A DNA stretch of 42,757 nt from Bacilli bacterium (GTDB lineage: Bacteria > Bacillota_I > Bacilli_A > RFN20 > CAG-826). Location of the stretch: NCBI GenBank assembly GCA_024408295.1, contig JAKSVE010000006.1, positions 1 through 42,757 of the forward strand, read 5' to 3'. The notes below the pieces were generated by a model that had not been told where the DNA came from, ran no database searches, and was given only the letters and a program-made list of their open reading frames with translations. Positions 28,685-36,603 of this stretch are shown here, piece after piece (the stretch's first letter is position 1; each line of letters starts with the position of its first letter). Position numbers and translations under genes: made by a program.

Positions 28685-28759
28685 GGCCCTATCGTCAAGC
28701 GGTTAAGACACCGCCCTCTCAAGGCGGGTTCCCGAGTTCGAATCTCGGTGGGGTCACCA
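28685..28759 (+). tRNA. tRNA-Glu(CTC)
   Basis: Arm CCGCC-CTCTCAA-GGCGG; CCA; own TTGCAA-17-TTTAAT promoter; terminator at 28771-28793. Confidence 0.95.
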
Positions 28760-28854
28760 ACAAACAAATTACGAGGCCCAGCCTCGTTTTTTTGTGGTGA
28801 ACACATAGAGATGAGAAGAGGGAACCGCAAGAGGCGGTGCAAATATTCGCATTT

Positions 28855-29700
28855 TCATTTCTCTGATGCTTTTTTCTTTCTCTTCTTTTTCTCTCCCTCG
28901 ACCTTAGCTTTATTAGCCTCCCTCTCCGCCAAAGTGATATATCCATCATATTGATAACGGAAGCTACGACCAATCCTCTCTACTTCGTTCTGAAGGCCAA
29001 TCCAAAAGAATCTAACACCCCATCTTTTCGAATCGTCCAACACATCCATATCCGCATATCTTGCTACAGGAGAGAACTGTATTGGACCTATATGTAGATT
29101 CCTTATGTAACTCCATTTCTTTGCGTCTATTTGCTTGCACACTTGGCGAAAATTGCAGCAATATCCCTGCTCTTCCGTTCCGTGATAAATGTAGTTCGCT
29201 TCGACATTATCCTCGTAAAAACCCCTAAAAACCACTCTGTGGACAATGTCCTTAATAAATTCCTTACTCTTATTCAATTCTTCGTTTGCGGCCTCTACAA
29301 GCGATTCTTTCCCTCTTCTGAAATCTTCAAAGCAGTAGCGTTTCTTGCCCGTATTATCCAACGTACCATCGCCAAAATGCATGTACACAATAATCTTTAG
29401 AGTCCTCTCACTTATTCCCTTTGAACGTAGGTACGCAATAAAGTTCTTAAGCCCATACGTTCCAACTGTAGTGGCGGTGCCAGTTTTTAGTGATATGTAT
29501 TTTCTGTCACCCTTAATCTCGATATAGAAGTCCGCTTTATTTGCCCCTTCCACCAGCTCTGATTTTATGAGATCTCCATCATCGAGGTATTTGTACATGT
29601 GCTTCAGATTTCCTTTTATGCCATAAGGTAAATCTTTATAAGTCTTGCCATTGATCACGTTTACAAAATTAATCTCAAGTTTCTTTCCGTCGTTCTTCAT
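28855..29700 (-). CDS. Putative PD-(D/E)XK restriction-endonuclease-like protein
   Basis: N-terminal helix Glu (KKLE), then KADF...YISLKTG; AGGAGG Shine-Dalgarno site. Confidence 0.6.
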   Translation of the reverse strand: MKNDGKKLEINFVNVINGKTYKDLPYGIKGNLKHMYKYLDDGDLIKSELVEGANKADFYIEIKGDRKYISLKTGTATTVGTYGLKNFIAYLRSKGISERTLKIIVYMHFGDGTLDNTGKKRYCFEDFRRGKESLVEAANEELNKSKEFIKDIVHRVVFRGFYEDNVEANYIYHGTEEQGYCCNFRQVCKQIDAKKWSYIRNLHIGPIQFSPVARYADMDVLDDSKRWGVRFFWIGLQNEVERIGRSFRYQYDGYITLAEREANKAKVEGEKKKRKKKASEK

Positions 29701-29889
29701 AAAAAGATCCTCCTAATACTTACTAGACGGAAAATCGGATTTTTTACCAAAAACTTTTCAAAATTGCCATTTTTTGCCGCGTTTTTGCGAAACTTTTTAT
29801 CCAAGAACCATATTTAACACATTAAATTGTGCCAAACGATACCCTGTGCATTAAAAAAAGACAGGCGGCCCTGTCTTAGTTTTGATTGC

Positions 29890-30303
29890 TTATTCGAAGT
29901 AGGTGCAGCTGATATTTATCGAATCATCGATATTGTCGTGTCTCCACAATATATCGTAATGGTTGAGCTTTCCATCAGCATTGAATCCCCAACTGAAATG
30001 GTACTCACAAATACCCTCGCTTCCAGGTGCATCTTCGATAACATTACAGTAGTAGTGGTTATAAATTTCAGCTCCCTTTCCGGCATCTTCTTCGAAATGG
30101 AATGTTGGATTTGTTGAATTGTAGAAGTAGTCGATGCAGTCATCCATGGTGTATGTATCAATGACGTACATCCATTCCTTGAACTTTCTTTCTCCGTTGA
30201 CATCCCAAACCTCAATGATCTCCATAAGCGACTTTAAATATGAGCAGGATACCAAAGTAAACATGCTAGCAACACCAATTGTTATCTTTCCGAGTTTGTT
30301 CAT
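29890..30303 (-). CDS. Small hypothetical lipoprotein
   Basis: Lipobox LVSC; GGAGG Shine-Dalgarno site; hairpin with A run at about 29853-29877 acts as a minus-strand terminator. Confidence 0.75.
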   Translation of the reverse strand: MNKLGKITIGVASMFTLVSCSYLKSLMEIIEVWDVNGERKFKEWMYVIDTYTMDDCIDYFYNSTNPTFHFEEDAGKGAEIYNHYYCNVIEDAPGSEGICEYHFSWGFNADGKLNHYDILWRHDNIDDSINISCTYFE

Positions 30304-30467
30304 GTTAAATCCTCCGCAAAAAGTAAACTAATCTTGAAAATATCGTTTATTATCTAAGGGATAATCAGGACAAATAATCGAAAACACAGGTCTGTTAAGA
30401 GGGTTAAGAGATGATTCTTCAGTCCTCTTGGATTTTCATTTAGCTTAAGCGTGTGTATAATGTGCGC

Positions 30468-32504
30468 ATGAAGAAAAAGACGTCTCTCCTATTAACCTTG
30501 ACCTCAATCATGGGCGCTACATCGTTAGCCGCCTGCAGTTTTGAATTGGAAGGATCATCAATAGAACTCTCTCATCATGAGCACGCTTCTCAAGTAACTC
30601 CTAGTTTGTCAGTAGAGGTGTTAAAGGATTTCGAGGGTCTTACATTCAATGACGAGACAGTCCCCTATGATGGCGCTGCCCATAGCTTATCTGTTAATAA
30701 CCTCCCTGAAGGAGCAGTAGCGGTCTACACCGGAAACAATCAGATCGACCCAGGTACATACACGGTTACCGCAGTAATCTCAAAAGATGGATACAACACC
30801 AAAACCATGGTGGCTAAATTGACCATCACCGCAGCTAAATTCAGCGGTATTTCTTTCAAAGACGACACCTTCATCTACGACGGCAAATACCACAGCATCA
30901 AAGTCGAAGGCGCACCAAGCTTTGCAACAGTTAAGTATTCCGGAAACGACAAGAAAGATATCGGCGATTATCAAGTCACCGCAACAATATCAGCCAAAGG
31001 ATATGAAACCATTACCCTGAAAGCCACAATGCACATCATCAAAGACCCTAGTATCAAACCAATAACTGGAGTCACATTTGAAGATGCTACATTCGAGTAC
31101 GACGGCAAACCACATTCAATCGAAGTAAAAGGCATGCCAAGTGATGCAACGGTTAGATATTCGAACAACAACCAACGTGACAGAGGAACCTATAGAGTAA
31201 CCGCAACAATTACGGGCGAAAAATATGAAACTTTAACCCTCACAGCCACACTCTCAATCATCAATCCATATATCAAAGATCTACAATTTACAGACGTAAC
31301 AATGATCGAAGGAAAGCCAATTAAGCTCAAAGTTGCAGGGAAATTGCCGACAAGAGCAGAGGTTTCGTACTCAATCAAAGGCTACAGCAGCCTAGAACAA
31401 GTAACCGCTCCTGGAACATATGAAGTATACGCAACCGTCACCGCTCCAAACTATTCTCCAACCGTCTTAAAAGCCAATTTGACAATCATCAAAAACGACT
31501 TCTATGGAGTCGACACAAACAAGAACGCATTCCAGTTCACCAGCGACACAAAATACCAAGAACTCAAGGATGAACTCCTCAAAGGAAACTACACCTGCGA
31601 GATTTCAGTTGAAGATGACTATTTCTATCCGGATGGCACCACACGCCACCAATATGGCAATGCTATCACCCATTATGTTGATGGCGATAAATATGTCATG
31701 CATTATGACTTAAGAGATCCAACTGCAGAAGACGAGGATTTCCTCCAGGAACAATGGACGTTCGCAGAAGTGGTAGGGGATTATTCATTCTCGACCACCA
31801 CGATGTTTAGCGCATTCACTGAAGGCATCGGCAAAGCCCCAAAAGACTCATATAAAGAGACCTACCAAATGAGAAGCGCCATGGAGGCTCTATCCCACAT
31901 CTCCGAATCAAGCGATGGTGGATTCGAGGATGGCACAACAGGCGGATATAGAACCAGTTATGGAACTCCAATGATTGACATAGCTAATAACGAAATCAGA
32001 ATCACCGTCCGCAGACACTACTTCCATACGGAATTCAATCACGATGAAATGGAAGTTTATACGCTGAAAAACATCGGCAATACCAAGGTAAATATCCCTG
32101 AAATCGCTAGAGGAAAAGCGGAAGAAGCCAATTCCTATTCAAATGAATCATTCACTCAAAACGGAGTCGATTATACGTGCCTAGAAAGCTTTGACACGGG
32201 AGAATTGAGCTGGAGAGCAAATATCTCTTTCGATGCCGCTGACGTTGAGTACTTGCCTCACGGTGATTACCTTGTCTACGCACAAATCTATGGCGTCCCG
32301 GTCACTACTTTCGACTACGATTATTACGATTCAAGATATGAATTAGATCTTACAGGATACACGCTCTGTTTCTTCTTCGACGACGACGGAATCTATAAAG
32401 GGGATTATGCAAGCCTCGGCTCTATCCCTTTCTCCAACCTAAGGATAATCAACGCTCATTTTGAGGTTTATAACGGCACTGCGAAATATTACGGTGAGTG
32501 GTAA
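30468..32504 (+). CDS. Lipoprotein with four MBG-like Ig repeats and an acidic C-terminal region
   Basis: Lipobox LAAC; F-x-D...YDGxxHSxxV...GxYxVTAxI repeats of about 70 aa. Start moved to ATG 30468. Confidence 0.85.
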   Translation: MKKKTSLLLTLTSIMGATSLAACSFELEGSSIELSHHEHASQVTPSLSVEVLKDFEGLTFNDETVPYDGAAHSLSVNNLPEGAVAVYTGNNQIDPGTYTVTAVISKDGYNTKTMVAKLTITAAKFSGISFKDDTFIYDGKYHSIKVEGAPSFATVKYSGNDKKDIGDYQVTATISAKGYETITLKATMHIIKDPSIKPITGVTFEDATFEYDGKPHSIEVKGMPSDATVRYSNNNQRDRGTYRVTATITGEKYETLTLTATLSIINPYIKDLQFTDVTMIEGKPIKLKVAGKLPTRAEVSYSIKGYSSLEQVTAPGTYEVYATVTAPNYSPTVLKANLTIIKNDFYGVDTNKNAFQFTSDTKYQELKDELLKGNYTCEISVEDDYFYPDGTTRHQYGNAITHYVDGDKYVMHYDLRDPTAEDEDFLQEQWTFAEVVGDYSFSTTTMFSAFTEGIGKAPKDSYKETYQMRSAMEALSHISESSDGGFEDGTTGGYRTSYGTPMIDIANNEIRITVRRHYFHTEFNHDEMEVYTLKNIGNTKVNIPEIARGKAEEANSYSNESFTQNGVDYTCLESFDTGELSWRANISFDAADVEYLPHGDYLVYAQIYGVPVTTFDYDYYDSRYELDLTGYTLCFFFDDDGIYKGDYASLGSIPFSNLRIINAHFEVYNGTAKYYGEW

Positions 32505-32506
32505 GG

Positions 32507-32956
32507 CTACTTATCGAGTTCGGTCAAAATGTCATTGACGCAGCGCCTTAGTTCATCAATCACTAATTGGTAATTATCAGAATACCAAGGATCTTCAATC
32601 TCGTAAATGCCTTTGCTGTATGCGAAAACAGGAAGGCATTTTTTGCTACTATCATTTACAAGATAGGAGAGGATTCTTCTATTGGATTCATCCATGTAGA
32701 AGAGACGGTCACAACCGTCCAAATCCGCCTGAGTCAAGCGTCTTGCAGAGTGTCTGATAAAAGGAATTCCATTGGCTCTCAAAGCCGCTTTCATAGGGGG
32801 ATAAATGTCATTTCCAATCTCTTCTAATGACAAAGCTAAAGAAGTGGTTTCGAACTTGCTTTCGAGACCACTTTTCTTTATCTCATCTCTGAATATCATC
32901 TCGGCAGCAGGCGACCTGCAAATAGAACCGTGGCACACAAAAATTACTTTAATCAT
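32507..32956 (-). CDS. Low-molecular-weight protein-tyrosine phosphatase
   Basis: FVCHGSICRSP P-loop; IEDPWY. Confidence 0.92.
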   Translation of the reverse strand: MIKVIFVCHGSICRSPAAEMIFRDEIKKSGLESKFETTSLALSLEEIGNDIYPPMKAALRANGIPFIRHSARRLTQADLDGCDRLFYMDESNRRILSYLVNDSSKKCLPVFAYSKGIYEIEDPWYSDNYQLVIDELRRCVNDILTELDK

Positions 32957-33146
32957 GCTCTAATAATCCAGAAAATAACGCAGTTTTGCAATGATATTTG
33001 TGAAGATTTGTGGGAAAATGCTAGAAAACAATAATAAAATGACGATATTTGAAAACCAATAAAAATAGGGCTCATTTAAGGAAAATCTTATCGATTATTT
33101 ATATAATTTTTATGAACAATTGAACTATTCAGTGTATTTTCTTGTG

Positions 33147-33202
33147 TGTTAGCGTTTACATAAAAAAATAATAATTGACATTGTTGGCTCTTTTGGTAAA
33201 TT
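33147..33202 (+). promoter_or_regulatory. cre-like operator and sigma-A promoter of the MoxR operon
   Basis: TGTTAGCGTTTACA (33147-33160) fits TGWNANCGNTNWCA; TTGACA at 33175-33180; TGnTAAATT at 33194-33202. Confidence 0.65.
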
Positions 33203-33234
33203 GCAATCAACCTATGTAATAGGAGGCATCAAAA

Positions 33235-34713
33235 ATGAGCGAAAGATTCAATGAGTTCAAAAAGAAAATGACGATTGAAGTGCTTGTGAAAGCTCTTTTG
33301 ATTGGCCTTTCAGTGGGATTTTTAGCATCAGGTGGTGCAATTTTGACACTGAAGCTTATCGGAATAGCTTTGCATCCACTTTACATTGCGTTGATTGTTG
33401 CAGGAGGACTTGCCCTTGGTGCTGGCGTGTTTAGCGCCATCTTCTTCCCATTAAAACCAAGCGATCTCAAAGTTGCAAAACGACTTGATGAAGAACTTGG
33501 TCTAAACGAGAAGATGCAAACCATGGTTATCTTCAAAGATTCCGATGCACCAGTCATGCAATTACAGCGAGAAGATGCGGTCAGCGTTCTCTCCACCAAA
33601 CCAACTAAGAGCGTGAAATTCAGATTCAGCTTGGTTGTCCTTGCGGCATTCATCGTAACAGGCGCTGTGTTCACAACATCACATGTCGTTCCAGTTATCG
33701 ATCACACTGTGCAACACCAAACACCAACTGATCCACCATACATCTTAGACAGTTGGACTGAGCAGGCCATCATGGACCTTATCAAGTACATCAATAGTTC
33801 AGAAGCACAGCCACCTGCAAAGGAACAGTTGGTCGGAAACCTCGAGGCCTTATTGAAAAACCTCAAGGTTGATGGAGTAACGATCCCACAGATGCAGGAG
33901 TATGTTGAGAATACAATCTACATGAACACCTCATCAATCAACAGGGTCAACGTTGGTGATGACATCGCTCTTGCTCTCTCAACAGCAGACGAAAAGGCAA
34001 TCTTACACATCTCATCAGCAATGCTCAAAGCTGATAAGAACGGTCTTGAGAAAGCTATCCTCGAATTAAAAGATATCCTCGACTCAGACGGATTCATGGT
34101 CATGGCACCAAGAATTCACAAGCAGATGGGTCAGGCAATGGAAGCTGCTGGTATTGATAAAACTGAGACAGATATCGCAAGACAGCTTTATAGACTCTCA
34201 AACTTAATTGATTTCACAGCCAAGAACGAAAGCAGATATGCAACATTCATGGCATCAATCGAGCCAGTCTTAAACGAAGCTTCAAGACGAGTACCTGAAG
34301 CAATTATTGAAGAAAAAGTTAACATCGCAGTTAAGGACTATGTAAACGACAGATTGGTTAAGATCTTCCAGATCAACCCACCTGAGCAGCAAGGTCCACA
34401 GTCCGGCGGACACAACAACGAAACCGGAAACAACGATGTCGGCGACCACACAGGTGGTATGGGTACCGGCGAACTTATCATGGGTAGTGACGACGTCATT
34501 CTCGACTACGAGGAAGGCTACGTTCAATACAAGGATGTTATCTCTAAGTATTTAGCAGACTTACTCGCTCTATACGAAGACGGTACACTTCCGGAAGAAT
34601 ACAAGGATTTAATTGATTACTATTACGGTTTATTGTACGGATCAATCAAAGCCGATGAAGAAGGCGAAGAGACAGGTACACCAGGCAGTGATGGTGATGG
34701 AACAGGAGTATAA
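33235..34713 (+). CDS. Membrane protein, first gene of the MoxR operon
   Basis: 3 TM, a long helical region, a Gly-rich linker and C-terminal LPEEYKDLIDYYY. Confidence 0.8.
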   Translation: MSERFNEFKKKMTIEVLVKALLIGLSVGFLASGGAILTLKLIGIALHPLYIALIVAGGLALGAGVFSAIFFPLKPSDLKVAKRLDEELGLNEKMQTMVIFKDSDAPVMQLQREDAVSVLSTKPTKSVKFRFSLVVLAAFIVTGAVFTTSHVVPVIDHTVQHQTPTDPPYILDSWTEQAIMDLIKYINSSEAQPPAKEQLVGNLEALLKNLKVDGVTIPQMQEYVENTIYMNTSSINRVNVGDDIALALSTADEKAILHISSAMLKADKNGLEKAILELKDILDSDGFMVMAPRIHKQMGQAMEAAGIDKTETDIARQLYRLSNLIDFTAKNESRYATFMASIEPVLNEASRRVPEAIIEEKVNIAVKDYVNDRLVKIFQINPPEQQGPQSGGHNNETGNNDVGDHTGGMGTGELIMGSDDVILDYEEGYVQYKDVISKYLADLLALYEDGTLPEEYKDLIDYYYGLLYGSIKADEEGEETGTPGSDGDGTGV

Positions 34714-34717
34714 AACA

Positions 34718-35704
34718 ATGGAAAACATCGAAAAAGTCAAATTATTCAGTGAATCAGTCTCAAAGATTAAAGAGCAGATTCACAAAGACGTCGTCGGTCA
34801 GGAAGATATCATCGACAGCGTTATCATCGCAATCGTATCAGGCGGTAACGTCCTTCTCGAAGGTGTCCCTGGAATTGGTAAGACCAGATTGGTCAGATCG
34901 TTATCAAAGGTCTTATCATTACCATTCTCACGTATTCAGTTCACACCTGACTTAATGCCTTCAGACGTTACAGGTACAAACGTCATCGAAAAAGACGAGA
35001 ATGGCAACATGAAACAGAAGTTCGAAAAGGGACCTATCTTCGCTAACTTAGTCCTCGCCGACGAAATCAACCGTGCTACCCCAAAGACCCAGGCAGCTAT
35101 GCTTGAAGTCATGCAGGAGCACAAGGTCACAGTCGCTCACGAAACATATAAGATTGAAGAACCATTCTTCGTCATGGCAACTCAGAACCCAATCGAGCAG
35201 GATGGTACATATCCACTTCCAGAAGCTCAGATGGACCGTTTCATGTTCAAGCTTCTCATGAAGTTCCCTAAGCTCGAGGAACTTTCAGAAATCGTCAACA
35301 TGACACAGATCACCATGGACGAAACAGCAGAATCAGTCGTCGACGGACCAACAATCCTCGAAATGAGAGAGCTCGCTAAGGGAGTTCCATGCATCGACGA
35401 CGTCACAGACTACGCAATGAAGCTTGTCGCTGCAACACATCCAGAACTCGAAGGAGCAGGAGAAGTCGCAACAAAGTACATCAAGTACGGTGCTTCACCT
35501 CGTGCTTGCCAGGCTCTCATCACAGCAGCTAAGGTCCGTGCTTTAGTCTACGGAAACTACAACGTCTCAATCGCTGATATCGACGCACTCGCATATCCAG
35601 TTTTAAGACACAGAATCAAAGTCGGATTCAACGCAATCTCAGAACACTTATCAGTCGATGATGTCATCGGTCTCTTAATCAAGGAAGTCAAGAAGGCTAA
35701 GTAA
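34718..35704 (+). CDS. moxR: MoxR-family AAA+ ATPase
   Basis: GVPGIGKT, RIQFTPDLMPSD, LADEINRA, ATQNPIE, YPLPEAQMDRF. Start is ATG 34718 after AGGAG. Confidence 0.95.
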   Translation: MENIEKVKLFSESVSKIKEQIHKDVVGQEDIIDSVIIAIVSGGNVLLEGVPGIGKTRLVRSLSKVLSLPFSRIQFTPDLMPSDVTGTNVIEKDENGNMKQKFEKGPIFANLVLADEINRATPKTQAAMLEVMQEHKVTVAHETYKIEEPFFVMATQNPIEQDGTYPLPEAQMDRFMFKLLMKFPKLEELSEIVNMTQITMDETAESVVDGPTILEMRELAKGVPCIDDVTDYAMKLVAATHPELEGAGEVATKYIKYGASPRACQALITAAKVRALVYGNYNVSIADIDALAYPVLRHRIKVGFNAISEHLSVDDVIGLLIKEVKKAK

Positions 35705-35715
35705 GGTAAACGACT

Positions 35716-36603
35716 ATGGGAACTTATGCAATAAATGAAGAATTTTTGCAGCAAGTAGAGACCCTTCAGTTACTTTTAAAGAACAACGTCGCTGGAATGT
35801 TTGGTGGAACTCACCAAGCAAAGACATTCGGTTCAAGCTGCGACTTCGCAGACTACCGTGACTATAAAGCCGGTGACGATATCACAAAGATCGACTGGAA
35901 CGCATATGCGCGTTTCGAAAAACTCTATGTGAAGCTCTATCTCGACGAGAGACAGGTTCACACAAGAATCTACATCGATGCCAGTCGCTCAATAGACTAC
36001 GGAAGGGGAAGCAAAGCTTTAAAAGCTCTACAGTTAGCTGCCACTTTCGCTTACATCTCGATTTGTAACATGGATAAAGTATCCATCTACTACATCCAGA
36101 ATAAAGCGGTACACACTCTTATCTCCAACATGGTTGGAAAAGAGTCGTTCTACAACCAGATCATCAAGTTGAATGACATTGTCTTCGACGGTGATAGCTA
36201 CATCTCCGAAAGTCTTTTACCAACAACCGTCGGCTATGGAGACGGACACTCCGTCATCATCTCCGACTTCTTAACGGACAATGACTATGACGCCGCAATC
36301 GATTTCCTCGTCTCAAAGAAGAGGGACGTCGTCTGCGCACAGGTGCTCTCAGCCGATGAGATTGACCCACTCCAAAGAGGTAAGGTTCATCTCTTCGATT
36401 CTGAGAACAACGAAAGACAATATAAAAAGAATATTAATAAGGACGTAATGGCCGCGTATCGCGCAGCCGTGAAGTACATGACGAGTCGCTTGCAGAATTT
36501 CTGCTCAGCTAGAGGCGCAAACTATCTCTTAGTTCCAGCCGATAAGACAATGCAGCAGATCTTCTTCCAGGACTTCCCTGAAATGGAGGTAATTAAACAA
36601 TGA
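35716..36603 (+). CDS. DUF58 domain protein
   Basis: FADYRDYKAGDD...IDWNAYAR, IDASRS, IISDF. Confidence 0.92.
   Translation: MGTYAINEEFLQQVETLQLLLKNNVAGMFGGTHQAKTFGSSCDFADYRDYKAGDDITKIDWNAYARFEKLYVKLYLDERQVHTRIYIDASRSIDYGRGSKALKALQLAATFAYISICNMDKVSIYYIQNKAVHTLISNMVGKESFYNQIIKLNDIVFDGDSYISESLLPTTVGYGDGHSVIISDFLTDNDYDAAIDFLVSKKRDVVCAQVLSADEIDPLQRGKVHLFDSENNERQYKKNINKDVMAAYRAAVKYMTSRLQNFCSARGANYLLVPADKTMQQIFFQDFPEMEVIKQ

Noticed and set aside
30394-30410. GTTAAGAG direct repeat as an OmpR-type binding site
   Set aside because: The 9-bp periodicity does not fit the usual 10-11 bp spacing, and there is no regulator nearby.
28760-32504. Prophage or ICE integrated at tRNA-Glu
   Set aside because: No integrase, phage or conjugation genes, and no direct repeat of the tRNA 3' end found.
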